A DNA stretch of 64,000 nucleotides from contig OX597842.1 in the NCBI GenBank assembly GCA_951406725.2, positions 16,368,001-16,432,000 of the forward strand, read 5' to 3'. Shown here in pieces: positions 1-14,199 of the stretch. Both the position numbers and the translations under genes were made by a program. The stretch's first letter is position 1, and every line of letters starts with the position of its first letter. This DNA is from Octopus vulgaris. Taxonomy: Eukaryota. The notes under the pieces are model-generated. The model saw only the letters and a program-made list of their open reading frames with translations. It ran no database searches and was not told where the DNA came from.

Positions 1-879
1 GTTGTTATGTAGCCAGATGTCTGTCCTGATAAGTTGTTTAGGTACGTACCCTGAATGTCTCAGGTCAGAATAACTTTGTTATAAATTAAAGAAATTAAAA
101 ATCAAATCTCTAAGATTATAATTATAATGATCATTAATGTTGATTAAATATTAAATTTAGTATTGAACGGTGAACATCTGTTTGCATTTAAACAAAATAT
201 TGGTGTTGACATAAAATATAAAGATAGGAATTAAATATGAGTTCCCTGTGTGACTTGATCTCACAAATCCTTGTTTGTAACTATATATAATATACACTTA
301 TTACATTGTTTGAACAACATTTACCATCCATAAAATCATTCTTTTTCTCACACTTGTCAGATTTTAGATGATATTAATGCTAAAAGAGGCACAGTTTTCT
401 GAGTGTTTCACCCTTTGGTCTTGATTGTTGCATTCAAATTATTTAATGAAAGATAGTCATTGTTATTTGACCAGGAAATAAATTATTCATTAGTATTTGG
501 CAGTGGACTTGGTTATATCTTTCTTCGTTTGCTGAGACACAATCATATTCATAGTAATGAAGGTTATACGTTCTGTACTCAGATTATATACAATCTATAT
601 TGATATCTAGTATTGCACCGTCAAGCACAGTACTACTGTATCACATATATACCCAATTATCATGATAATTAATAAGCTATAATTCATTAACTCTCTTACA
701 TTTGTATGTCTGAAGTGTAAACTTATTTTGTCATAGGAACATCCTGTACCCTCACTTAACATTTTACACCTTGTTAGGGATTATGGTGGGGAAAGAGTGT
801 ATGGTTTCAAGGTTGTTGGGGATGTTTTTTAGGGGACAGATTGTGTTCAGGGTGGAAGGTATGCACAGAAAGGACATGC

Positions 880-1370
880 CATGATGGCCTCGATGTTACT
901 TAGCCAGTTGGGTCTTTTCAAGCACAGAAAATTGCTGATTGTCTCAGTCGTTTTTGTTATCTTCCCGTGTGAAGCTCAGCATCTGAACATCATTTCTCAC
1001 CACTTTGTCCTATGTCTTCCTCAGTCTTCCTCTTCCACAGCTTCTCTCCACATTTAGAGATCCGCATCTCTTTATGCTGATCACCCCATCCATATGCATC
1101 ACATAACCATACTATGAAAGATCTCTCTGTTGAACTCTACATCGGATGACTCTTATACCCAGATTTTCTCTTAAGACATTTCCACTGTGACTTACCTGAA
1201 CACTGATGTTGTACATCCAGTGGAGCATGCTGGCTTCATTTATCTCCAACCCTTTGCATGTCTTCAATCTTCACAGCCTATCTTTCATTATTGTGTTGTA
1301 CATCTGTCTGTACACAGGTTTCATACAATCTGCTTTCCACTCTTAGGGAGAAGCCCTTCATTACCTACAG
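880..1370 (-). mobile_element. Degenerate RTE-type LINE 3' remnant
   Basis: Reverse strand near 1000-1040 reads like the GRGRPRKTW C-terminal motif of RTE ORF2 (also seen at 15955-16230); many stops; boundaries approximate. Confidence 0.5.
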
Positions 1371-1494
1371 AGTGGGGGCATTTGGGACAGTTAATCTTGA
1401 CTATTGGTTATAGGAATATTTCACAATTATAAAATATCGATGTTCATTAAAGAAATTTTACTATAAAGTATAATCTTGGAAATATTTATTTCAG

Positions 1495-1545
1495 CAAGGC
1501 CAATATTTGAAGACAAAGAGGTCCAGACAGTGGAAGAGCCACGTG
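1495..1545 (+). CDS. 51-nt phase 1-1 mini-exon of the death-domain gene (xRPIFEDKEVQTVEEPR)
   Basis: tatttatttcAG acceptor and GTGAGT donor; flanks homologous to those of the exon at 6188; open frame. Confidence 0.65.
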
Positions 1546-3579
1546 GTGAGTATAGAATGACATTACATAATTGATTTCTATAAATTTTAGCTTTTACTGA
1601 GCTATTTTGGTCAATAGAATGACCGAGAACAGGTTCCACTGCTACATTTCATTTGAATGCTTAGCTATAAAGAAATTCTGTTCTTCTACAACAACATGAA
1701 TATCCAATAAATGTACTTTATGCAAACATCTGTTACTCATTCACTCGCAGAAAGAAAGATACAAAAATTAAATATAAACCCTGAAACCGTTCTCTCCCGT
1801 TAAGGAGAATATTCGCCCTGTTTGTCATCTCATTGTACTCATTCATTCTCTCTCTCTCACTCATGCTCTTTCTCTCCGTCTTTTCAAGAAAGATGCTGGT
1901 TAAAAGTTTCAATACAATAAATGATATCATCTTCATCTTTTCTCATCTGCTCTCCATGCTCCTATACACTAGGTGGGTCATCACTGTCCAAGTCAGTTGT
2001 ATCTGAAATTACTGCCAACCGTCATTTGTTGAGGAAAACATCTCACTTAAACATTGCAGATTTTCTAAGGTGGTAGACCCTTCTAACCCCAACCACTTTA
2101 TAAAGGGTCCTGGGTATATTTTATTGTCGTACAAGCATTAGAAATGATCATCAATTTCTCAACAATATGAAACATTCCTTTCAAACTTGTGGTGTCATCT
2201 TTCCTAGTTTCCACCAACCACTTCCTAGTGTGTTCTGGGAGCATTTAATTATAGCACAAATAGTAATGAAGTTGTGTTACATTCTATATAATTAGACGGT
2301 CCTCACTATTCTATGATGTTTTGGTTCACTGAAGCTGATGACATTTTCAGGAGGTGAGAAGGGACTCTGGTGACAAAAGAATCAGGATGCGAGGAGAGAA
2401 ATTTGCAATACCCCCTCTCTCGGCTGTGGGGTCTTTGTCTTACATGTCTTTTGGCTAAATATGCCAGTACTTGTGCTTTATAAAAAGGGGCCACGTACAC
2501 TCTGTGAGGTGGTTGGCATCAATAAGAGCATCCTACAGTAGAAAACCATGCAAAAGAAACCATCTGGGGCCTGGTGCAGTTGTCTGGCTTGTCAGATCCT
2601 GTCAAGATTTCCAACCCATTCCAGCATGGAAAACAAACTTTGAATGTTGATGATGATGATGACGATGATGCTGTCTTCCAGTAACTCATCATAATTCTTT
2701 GTCTTCGATTGTTACAGTAGTTTCCTGTCTGGTATAACATATTAGCTCAGTATAATAATATTGATTGAGAAAACCGGTTCAGTGATTTTGATAACATTCA
2801 TATTGAACAGAGAACATATGTTCACATTTGAACAAAACATTGATGCTAGCATATGCAATACATGGAAAGGAATGAACGTATGAGATTCCAGTGTGACTTG
2901 AACTCACAACTCTTTTCTAACTATATATATATATATATAATTATCGCTTGTTACGATGTTTGAATAACATTTACTGTCCATATAGACATCGTTATACTGA
3001 AAATTGTTGGCTTTGAGATGGTTTCAATTGTAAGAGAGTCACTGTTTTCAGTCTTCCACATTTTGGTTTTACTTCCGACTTGATTGTTCTGTTGAAATTA
3101 GATCATGGAACCTGGTCATTGTTATCTGACCAAGAAAAGAATTCATCATTAGTATTCGGTACTGGAAATGGTTACATTTTTCTATGGTTTCTCATGGAAC
3201 TACCATAATATCAACTGTGCTGAGACACAACCATATTAATTGTAACAAATGTCACATGTTCTTCACACAGATTTTATACAATCTATATTGATAGTTAGTG
3301 TTTATACGCCGCATTAACATGATAATTAATCAGCTATCATTCATTAACTCTCTTAAACTTGTCTGTCTGGAAGTTTCATAGCATTATCTTCTACCCTCAT
3401 CTAATATTTTACACCTTATTACCCTCAAAGTAAACATAACTTTTACATGGGTACCCAACCACATCCCTACGAACTAGTTTTACAGCTGTATGCCCTTCCC
3501 ACAATAATAAAGTGTTGATTATCAATAACTATAATGAAATTATACTATAAAACGTAAAACTTGAAAATATTCATTTCAA

Positions 3580-3627
3580 AGACTCCAACTTCTGTGAAGG
3601 ATGCCTTGACAACATCACAGCCAGTTG
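3580..3627 (+). other. Paralogous 48-nt mini-exon (xTPTSVKDALTTSQPV) with non-canonical CAA acceptor
   Basis: ttgaaaatattcatttcAA|agactcca aligns with ttggaaatatttatttcAG|agagtcca (6188); GTGAGT donor intact; length is a multiple of 3. Confidence 0.5.
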
Positions 3628-4087
3628 GTGAGTAGCAAATAACAGTACCTCATGGATTTCTATAAATTTAACCTTCACCTGAGCATTTGTAGTTTATCAG
3701 AATGACTGAGGACAAGATCCATTCCTAATTTACATCTGAAATATTAGCTGTAAAATAATTCTATTAGACATTTTGATATCAATGGAATTTCACAAAATAG
3801 TCAACGGGGTTGGCATGGTTCGGAAAATGGATAATTTAGAAGACAATAGAATTAATACTGTATTTTGAAACGGAGGACTAAAATATGTAGTTACTAAGTT
3901 TACTGATGGGTTATTGCTGTTGTTGCTATTTAGGCAAATATCTCTCATAATGTGACAGATTTACAATGAAATGTGTTCCTTGTGTGAACACCCTGCCTTT
4001 TTTTTTGACTGATAATAAATTTATCATTGCATCCCCTAAACATAGTCTTTATCCATGTAAAAGCATTAGGTTTGATGTTGAGACAAC

Positions 4088-4142
<55 letters not shown>

Positions 4143-4549
4143 TCTCTCCAAGATAGACACTGATGAACCTCAACTTTTATCATCTGATGTCTATGCTCCT
4201 ATCGATTGGATGGATGATTCCTATCCATGTCAGTTCTTATTAACAAATACTGTCCGCCTTGATTGGATGAGGAACACATTCCGGCTTTTCTATGGTGATG
4301 TGCCTTTCCTAACATCAACCGCTTTAAAATGGGCCTTGGGCACAATTTTGCTCCAAAAGCACTAGAAAAATGATCATGTTGTCAACAAAATTAAACGTTC
4401 CTCTTTAACTTCTACAAGGAAATTCTGTTTGCAGATACTGAGAACAAAGCTAAAATACAATAAAGATGAACTGGATGGATATATGCAGGAGATCCAAAGC
4501 AAAAGCAATGATTCCCATTCATAGACAGTTTGAAATGTCCATTGAAACC

Positions 4550-5450
4550 AGCAATCAAATACCGATTGATTAGTTCAGACTAATTTCAACCTTGAATATA
4601 AATGACAAGATTTACAAGGTTGTATTCACAAAGAGATCAACTGTAAATCTACAGAATAATGAATATGGGACTAAAAGTATCTTGAAGACTGGAATCCTCT
4701 GGCATTCCAGGCTGTGTGGAACATGTGTCTTAAATCTAGGATGTGATACAAGACGGAAAGAAGAATAAAAGGGATTGAATGTTGTGTGATTTGATCTGGT
4801 TTATGGTTCTCTAGCAAATAAATTGTTGATGGAAGCAGTGGACCTGTTTTATATATGAGAAAAGATTAAGGATCTGATGAGGAGCTGCTATAACAATTTC
4901 AATATGCAATTCATGAGGAAAACTTTCACGGCAGACTGGTATCATTTTGAAGCGGGAATTGCTGTAGTTTCTACAAAATCAGTCATTTGGTTTGTGATTG
5001 TTATGGAGATGTTACTTAAATCAGCAGATTGATAAGAAATGGCTCAAAGGAAAACACTCGAGAAGACATTAATGGATTACATAACAATAGTAACAACAAA
5101 TAAAAGGATATGCAAATAGTTCTGGATTAACTGGGTAGACTGAGGAACTTGGTGAAGAATGTGGTTCAATGCAAATGAGAAATGCAGCCCGTCATTTGTG
5201 AAAGGTCAGCAGAAACAAGTGAAGGTCAAAATAGCAGGAGAAACCCTGATGAAGTTTAAAGGGAAACTTGAAAAACTATTACGACGATGGTAAACTACCT
5301 AATTTTGCAATAATAGTAAAGGCATTGAGATCATGTCACAGAACGAAGATGGGTTAAAAGAAATAAATATGCCAAACATTCTGGAAAATAAAAGATTTGG
5401 AGCTCGCACTTTGTATTCCCGTCTTTCTTATATATTTTTGAGTATCAGTC
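4550..5450 (+). mobile_element. Degenerate non-LTR retrotransposon RT remnant (Hero/R2-group-like)
   Basis: 4900-5020 translates to FTADWYHFEAGIAVVSTKSVIWFVIVMEMLLKS, resembling the GI.AGCTISVI.F...ME region of such RTs, followed by a decayed FMDD-like motif. Confidence 0.5.
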
Positions 5451-6187
5451 CTTTTGTACCATTTCAGATGTCTTCACTGCATTAATGTGTAGATGTCCAG
5501 TTGTATGTAGTTAATGGGGTTTTGTACAAGTGTGCAGTGTTTTAGGACACCTGATATCACTTTTTGTTTCATCTGTGGAGAACTGATCATTGCTCACCTT
5601 TATTAAGGAGTCTTAAAATATTCCCTGCACCAGATAATGACCAGGTGATCTGGGATGTGGGATGATAAAATTCAAGATTTTCCAACAGCAAAGAGAACAG
5701 GTATTACCTTTATTTTACTTGAAGTGGTGTGTCATGCATTTGTGACGAGATCTTTGGAGACCACATTGGATGATATTGGACTTTAGCAGAAGATGAGGAG
5801 AATGGTGGTTAGTGAAGTCTAGAGTTCAGAGGACAGTCACATGTCATAGATGTGATACATATATAGGAAAGGTGAGATAGAACTATGAGAAGAAACAGTC
5901 TCATGAAATGATAATTAAATGAAATAATTGCAACATTGTTAGATTATGTAGGATGTCCCTGTTAAAGAGAAACAAGGTTTAGGAAAGTTAGTCTATTTTG
6001 TTGCGGGCCTAAATATTGAGCTATTACATGGTCCCACAATGGAAAGTATAAAAATACTGAGCAAAACCCTAGTGGTCACCAGCCAACCACTGATGATAAC
6101 AATGTCCCACAACAATAAACTACAGAATATTTATAGAGATAAATAAGTTTTACAATCAATTATATAACTTGGAAATATTTATTTCAG

Positions 6188-6259
6188 AGAGTCCAGTTCT
6201 GAAGGAGAGGGATCTTCTGAGAGTGGCTAAGAGGTTAGGACGTGATTGGTGGCAAGTGG
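6188..6259 (+). CDS. Death-domain gene, penultimate exon (ESPVLKERDLLRVAKRLGRDWWQV)
   Basis: AG/GTGAGT boundaries, 72 nt, phase 1-1; L..VA..LG.DW is the classic death-domain helix 1-2 signature; joins in frame to 7829. Confidence 0.8.
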
Positions 6260-6699
6260 GTGAGTATATTTGATTTCTATATATTTTACTTTCACCTCAT
6301 AAATTTTATTTGTCAGAATGAATGAGAACAAGTTACATTCCTCATTTCCCATTGATAGGTTACCTGTATGACAATTTTTATTTACGATATTCCTGATATT
6401 TCATAAAATATCCACTGAGGTTAGCATGGTTGGTAATAATGGATAAACTAGAAAATAGAAATGGCGTTTAATATTATCTTTTGGAAGAGGGAACTAAAAT
6501 ATATTGTTTAAGGGTAAACAGGTGAGTGAATTTGTTTTACATTTTCTTTAGGTTCACTGTTAGGTTATTGTAATGAAGGAAAAGTACCAAAGTTAACATC
6601 TAAAACAAAGCATCTTTCTTCAAACAGAAGACTTTGAGTTTGGTTCTTCTTGCAGCCATTATTTATTGGGTTATTGTGTTGGAAGCTGATAATTCCAAT

Positions 6700-7490
6700 T
6701 TAGATTGCCATTTTGCAATGACTTTACCACATGACATATGTCTGTAAATGCTTCAATGAAAAGAGATTTAATAAAGGTGACACAGCGAAATCCTATCATT
6801 CTCCTCAGGCGAAAACAGAGAATTCCTTTAAGGGAATTTACCAGAAAATGAACATTCACAAGTCAAGCCGAACTGGAGGTGGCATCTCTCATTCAGACTG
6901 ACATAATAATAACTGAATAGGCTCTGTAGAATTGATCGAACCTGGAGTTCATTGGAGAAGTTTGAAATGGGATTGAATTTGACTTAGAATTATCGACTGT
7001 TGGACAATCACTGATCATTCGATTTCTAGTGTCCTCTTGGGAACTTTGCAAGGTAGTAGATGGCACAGAGGGACAGTACTTTCATGACCCTTTGAATACC
7101 AGGTCTGAAATCTACCAGAATAAGACAGATATATGGGATTCTTCTAAAGGGTCTTTGGAGTAATGTTACGCAACAGGATTTATAGTTCAGAGATCTGGGA
7201 GTCTCTCCAGGTTGAACCACGTCTCCTCCACATCTGTGGTACCTCGGACATGTGATCAGGGTGTTGCAGGAATGAATTACAGGACATGTTCTCAAAGTCA
7301 AACCAATGGAACAGGATACCGAGGGGGAGGCCAAGAAAGAAATGGTTGGATGATATCCATAGTCTTAGTTCTTCACATAGAATACAAGCAGAATGTCTAA
7401 TGATGGATGCTTCTGACAGGACCCTATGGAGGAGGTGCCTGAGGACTCTTTCCCCACAGCCCTTTCAAGAATATTGAGCAGAGGAAATGG
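6700..7490 (+). mobile_element. Degenerate RTE-like LINE 3' remnant (intronic)
   Basis: RIPRGRPRKKWLDDI...ASDRTLWR motif at 7286-7477. Confidence 0.55.
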
Positions 7491-7828
7491 ATGGATCATA
7501 TGCTTTCACTGTTGGAGGTCAATGTTAATTCTTGAGGTTCTGATATACTTTTGCCTTCACAAAAGTTTTCCTGCCCTCGTTTACCATATATTTTCTCAAG
7601 TATAATTTTCAATTAATTTTCTTTAAAAATCTCGTTTAATTCAAACTCTTTGTTATTTTTGTCAATAGAAAACAATGTCTTATATTTTTGCTGTTTCTTA
7701 GCTATTTCTTTTTTTACTTCTCTATTGATAAAGTTTGTTTGTTATATTCCTAACAACCTACAGTACACAGCGTTTTATGTTATTGTCAATGTTGTTGCAT
7801 TTATTTCTTATTGTTGTGTCTTTTGCAG

Positions 7829-8028
7829 CTATTTTTTTAGGAGTTGATACAACTGAACTGAAAATTGATGATGAGTCTATTGACACTGTAAAACAAGGCT
7901 ACCTGATGCTTCACGAATGGTTCAAAAATTGCGACCCAGAAACACGGACACACGCAACATTAAGTGCAGCTCTTGAAGAAGCTGAATGTTTCGCTGCGAT
8001 GGAATGTCTGTCATTAGACGCAAAGTGA
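7829..8028 (+). CDS. Death-domain gene, terminal coding exon (AIFLGVDTTELKIDDESIDTVKQGYLMLHEWFKNCDPETRTHATLSAALEEAECFAAMECLSLDAK*)
   Basis: ttttgcAG acceptor, phase matches the previous exon; LG...I...Q.Y.ML..W....T...L..AL pattern of death domains. Confidence 0.8.
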
Positions 8029-8270
8029 ATTTCTGTGTAACTGTTGTTGTTTAGCTTCAGATTAACCTTGACCAAACAGAGTCTTTTGATCAAACGCATT
8101 CCAGCCAGGACCATCATGCCTATTTCCAAAGAGAACCCACAACCATCTCGTCCAATATGCCCTTCTGTACAGTGATATCGTGTGAATTTAGCTGCTAATT
8201 CTAGCAGGTATATCAACCACATTGTGATCCCATCACTGGTTTTGTTCCTTTGTTAAAAATTCACTTTTAA

Positions 8271-8276
8271 AATAAA
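8271..8276 (+). terminator. Poly(A) signal of the death-domain gene
   Basis: AATAAA ~240 nt after the stop codon, followed by a GT-rich downstream element. Confidence 0.55.
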
Positions 8277-10378
8277 GACAAACTTCGAAATGTTCATTTA
8301 TTGTTGTTGCTGTTGTTGTATATCTAATCCCCTCCCTAAACAACCCCATTGTTATATAGACAGCTTTAATATCTTCTCCTATATTGATAGTTATCTACCT
8401 TCATTTTTAGCTGAGAGTAGAATGCCTGGTATATATATATTGATGTCTTTTCCCTTTATATATCCTATAGAGATAGTATTTCTATATAATACATGATGTA
8501 TCTAAGGATATATCTCACCTTGTCCTGTTGTGGTTTAAGACAGGCCTCTCCAAAGTGGCGGTGGTTGAATAAAAATTCAGGGGATTTTGAGTGCAATATA
8601 CAATATTTTAATTTTATATTCTTACTTTATGACCTTCGTTATTTACTAATGACTGCAATTTTCGTCAGTAAAAATAAAACTTCACTATTATACATATGAA
8701 AATAAATCAAACAAATTATAATTAAACAATAGCTGTGCTGAAAAATTGTGAGATAATAAAATAATGACACAACATTTGTTGTTTTAATTGCATGTGATTG
8801 TGGAAAAGCCACAGTGTCTCCCTCTTTTTAAATAACTTCAGATAATCGAAGAGTACAATTCTTCCCTACAATATTTACCTTCATATTACTCCACTGTTAT
8901 TACATGTTATTTTAATTTGAAATTAGATTTCAAGTTCTTACAGCAGAGACCAAGATTAAATAAGTAAAACACATGAGACCTTTATGTACATTATAGGATG
9001 TGACAGGAAGCTCTACCGAGCAGACTTTTGTGGAAGTGGAAAGGAAGACTCATAAGTATTCTCCACTTTTTATTGGATTCTTTTGTGATAGAAGTGAACA
9101 AACCTGATTGTTTTTAAATTAAATAATCAAGATATTTAAATTAGATAAAAATAAACTTTATTCAGAAATTGATAATTACTTTTAAAGCAAACCGAAATTT
9201 TACCGGTGAGTGTGTTAAATAATAAGGCACTAAAAGAGAATGACTCTCCCCAGACACAACAAAATTATTTTGCATCAAACTTTGTACAAAATTATTCCAA
9301 ATAAATTGATAACATAAGTTTCTGATTTTTTTCTTGGATAACTGGGGGAGAAATGCTTTTCACACATTATATGCCATGTAAATACGCAACAAAAAAATAA
9401 AGCTGTCCAAAGCTATAGGTTACTGTTTATATAGACCAGCTGGAGCAAATTTAGTTTAACATTTAATGCGTAGCAATAAACTCATTTATAAAAGTGTTAG
9501 TTTTCTATAAATTGAGAAAACGTAAGACATTTACTGACTTTATAAAACTAAAAAGAGTAACTTCAAACTTTGATGACCCCAGACAAATTCCTTTACTGAC
9601 GGAGATATTCGTCTTGTTTTGGTCAATGACTGTCAAAGTAATTTTCATATTTTAAAAGCATCAAAAGGAAAATATGTTGCCCAGAGAAGAGAGGTTGAAT
9701 TTGTCAAATTATAAAAGCACAGAGAATAATGATGGACTGGACATTTTCTTTAGGTTAATGATCAGAGGATCCTTAAACAGATGCTATATGCTAAACTTCT
9801 GTATGGAGAGAGCCCCCAGCAGAAACGAAGACTACGATTTAAGGACTGTGTATGTATATATATATATAAACTGAGCGGATACTTACCAGGCTGAAAAAAT
9901 GTACTTTAATGAGGTCAATTGGTTCGACTAAAAATCCTGCAAGGCGGTAACCCAGCATGGCCACAATTCAATGACTGACAAAAGGAAAAAAAAAAGAGGC
10001 AATATACGAAAATTGTCATCGATGTCAACAAGTTCCCCGTCGCTCTTTCACAAATTCAGCGAAGCAGAAATGAAAGCACACACACACACACACACACACA
10101 CACCAACATACATTTCTTCAGAACGTCACAGTTTTATGGTCAACATTTTTAAAGCATAAATAGCTACGAGTGTGCGTCTTTGCATGTATCTATATGTGTG
10201 GGTGTTAGGACGGGTGGGTGTTTGAGCACAGTCCACCCATACCCAAGGTGGTCGCATCGTCTCATGTGACCCAGCCACGAAATTCTTTTTCTCCCACGAG
10301 TGTTCCGGATCCCATTAATGAACTCATTTGCATACAACCAGTCAGAGCTCACCTTCAACTTGTTGTCAGGTTAACAAA

Positions 10379-10546
10379 CAGGAGTGTCTGTATGGGAAGT
10401 AGCTCGCTTACCAACCACATGGTTCCGGGTTCAATCCCACTACATGGCACCATGGGCAAATGTTTTCTACCATAGCCTCAGACCGACCAAAGCTTTGTCA
10501 GTGGATTTTGTACACGGAAACAGAAGGAAGCCCGTCGTATATATGA

Positions 10547-10616
<70 letters not shown>

Positions 10617-10795
10617 ATGTATGTACGTGTGTGTGTCTGTGTTTGTCCGCCCAACATAGTTCCACAACCAATGCTGGTGTGTTTACGTCCCTGTAACTTA
10701 GCGGTTCGGCAAAGGAGACCGATAGAATAAGTACTAGGTTTACAAAGAATAGGTCCTCTGGTCGATTTACTCGACAAAAGTCGGTGCTCCAGCAT
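10379..10795 (+). mobile_element. tRNA-derived SINE (abundant octopus-type family with internal (TA)n/(TG)n)
   Basis: A/B-box-like head (tggctgtgtggt...ggttcagtccc consensus); near-identical body at 40148, 41050, 45490, 53125 and 54330. Confidence 0.8.
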
Positions 10796-10802
10796 ACAAC
10801 CA

Positions 10803-10851
<49 letters not shown>

Positions 10852-11399
10852 ACCTTTATATATGTCTATATCTATCATTATATATATCTATATCTATCTA
10901 TCTTTATATATATATATATACATACATACCCACACACGCATATATACTATCTAAAACAAAATAATCACCTGATCAAGTCCAAAGGATTGTACTAGATATT
11001 GTTATTACTTTATATAGTTGTGGCGTGTAATTAAATGTAAATTAGAAGCTAGTCAATGTTTATTTGTTAAAGGTATCAGCAGAAAGCTTGCATGCGTATG
11101 TGTGTCTGTTGGTGCGCCAATGCTCGTGTCCCCTTCGCAAGCGAAAAACGAGCCCGTTTCAATTCGAAACTGTCACGTCGGTTTTATATGACGATGTTAT
11201 TTTTTAGTTATCTCCCTTAATTAAAGAATATACACTTTTGGCGCTATTTGCTCTTTTAATCTCTCACTTTTTTCAGTCATTTGACTGCGGCCATGCTGGT
11301 GCACCACCTTTAGTTGAGCAAATCTACCCCAGGACTTATTCTTTGTAAGCCTAGTACTCATTCTATCGGTGTCTTTTGCCGAACCGCTAAGTTACATCG

Positions 11400-12200
11400 G
11401 GTGTCGTTGCTTTTACAAGGCAAGTTTGATGTGAAGGTATGGAAGGAAGATTTTTTTCTGGGTTAACAGCGGCACATGCTGCACATTGTAGCGACCAATT
11501 ATGCGCTCATCTCTTTTAGAGCAGTCTTTTACAGTGCAATGGTTGCTGTCATCACGACTGTTCCAAAAATACAAGAAGTGCATATTTTTGATGTATTCCA
11601 GCTGCAGTCCTAGGAGGAGGTAAATCATCTTTAAATCACCAGAAATATTTCACTTATGAACTGAGTAATTAACTCCTTTCAGAATGAGTTCCATCGATTC
11701 ATAAGTTTCTTCCATACCGATAGCATGACCCACAGAAATGGAAGGTTTTTCATTACCATTATGTAACAGCACAGCTTCGAGGCTAACCTTACTCGAGTCT
11801 TTAAACATTCTCCATTCGTTAGTCACATACACTTGTCGTAGTTTTTGCATAAGTGCATTAACGTTAGTGCAGAAACAAGCATTATTTTCTTGCTTGAAAA
11901 AGACAGATAAGCCTTCATGGCGAGAATGGAAAATAGAAATTTTCGCACCTTACTGTTGGAGATTCCGTTGCTGTAGTCTGGATCCCAAAACTTCTGCCTT
12001 CTCCTTTGACAATGGTAGGTCTTTTACTAAATCATTCAAATCTTCTTGATTAAACAAGCTTGGCTCACTTTTCTTAGAATCAACTACGTACTCTCCATTA
12101 TTTACATCATTTACATTTGACGGATATTTGTCCTCATCTGGTTTGTTGTTAACACAACATTTCGGCTGATATACGCTCCAGCCTTCTTCAGGTGTCTTGG
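11400..12200 (-). mobile_element. DNA transposase remnant, Chapaev3/CMC-like
   Basis: EWRMFKDSSKVSLEAVLLHNGNEKPSI...ETYE...GDLKMIYLLLGLQ matches my recollection of the WRLFIDSSK.SLKAVLLHNGN transposase family; contains stops; family name from memory. Confidence 0.6.
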
Positions 12201-12243
12201 GGGAATTTGAAACCTGAGTTCACATTCCTAAGGTATTTTTCAA

Positions 12244-12670
<427 letters not shown>

Positions 12671-13019
12671 ACAGACAGGCATAAAGACGAGAAATGTGTA
12701 TATTCCTACATTTCTGAGGTCCTACATAAGTAGCAGGCAACAACACAAGCCTACATAAGCACAGACATAAACGAAGAGAAAGAGAGAGAGGGGGAAAGAA
12801 AGAGAGAAGGTGAGCGAGAGCGAGATAGAGTGAGAAGGGGAGGGTTACGGAAAAGAAAGACTGAGCGAAGAAAGGTTTGGGGTGAGAGAGAGAGAGAGAG
12901 AGAAGAAAAGAGGTGAAAATGACAAACACTCATTTTAAATCAATTTTTCCTTATGACGTCATAATCTGTCTGCCTGACATCGTCCGACACCTTAACATTC
13001 AGTCGAATTATCTGTCTAT

Positions 13020-13114
<95 letters not shown>

Positions 13115-13374
13115 AGACGCAATGGCCCAGTGATTAGGGCAGCGGACTCGCGGTCGGAGGATCGCGGTTTCGATCCCCAGACCAGACGGAAACTGAAAGA
13201 AGCCTGTCGTATTTGTATATGTGTGTGCCTGTGTTTGTCCCCCCAACATCGCTTGACAACCGATGCTGGTATGTTTACGTCCCCGAACTCACAACGTAAC
13301 GACAAAAGAAATACGGCAAAGCATTTCGCCCGGCGTGCTAACGATTCTGCCAGTTCGCCACAAATCTGTAAACT

Positions 13375-13830
13375 CTGTTGTTGAAGACATGGGATTTGCC
13401 CATTATCTGGTTGAGTTCTTAAACTCACTGGATCCACAACGAGCTCCCCCTCGTTGCCTTCCATTGAAAATGAGCGCTCCAATCATGCCTCTGCAGACCT
13501 TTTTCCCAACCGAACCTGTGCAGTGGTACAAGAATTGTTGTGAAGAAATTAACGAGAAATATCATAGAAGCCACAATAATTTTTGTCTTTGGAAAAGGTG
13601 AAGATATATTTATGCCTCACTTAATTTTAATACCTTCAAATATTCGCATCGAATTCAAACGACTTCAATTTCCAATACGTCAGTCTCTTGCGATGTCCAT
13701 TGATAAGTACCAAGATCAGACTTTCAAAGTTACTGCTTTGCAATTAGAGAAGGGTTGTTTTTTTACAAAGACATATGCTGGGGTTCCAGAGTGGGGAGCA
13801 AAGACAATTTTATCATTTTCACCCCTACAG
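13375..13830 (+). mobile_element. Helitron PIF1-like helicase C-terminal remnant
   Basis: YLVEFLNSLDP..P...L.LK..APIM, NIIEATI..G..GEDIF.P, EFKRLQFPIR..LAMSIDKYQ.QT; frameshifted. Confidence 0.8.
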
Positions 13831-14111
13831 GTAAAACTCAAACCAATGTCTGTTAGGACGATTTTAGCATGGGATCAACGAACAAGATTTGCAGAATGAA
13901 TAAAAACTTTGAATTGAAATTGTCAACGCAACACTATATTCGCATAAGAAAATGTATTTCTATTTTTTGGTTGTTGTAATACTTAAGTTCAATAATTCTG
14001 TTGTTTCTGGAGAGAATCATTTTCGTTTTGTGCCTTATTATGTAAAACACTCACCGGTAAAATTCCCACTTTTTTCTTATTTTTATTGTCCTAAAATTTT
14101 CGTTGCGTCTT

Positions 14112-14177
<66 letters not shown>

Positions 14178-14199
14178 GGTGAATGTGTTATATTATAAC

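Noticed and set aside
9300-9850. Possible Polinton/PolB-like remnant (DIFFRLMIRG)
   Set aside because: It is a single weak motif with no supporting frame.
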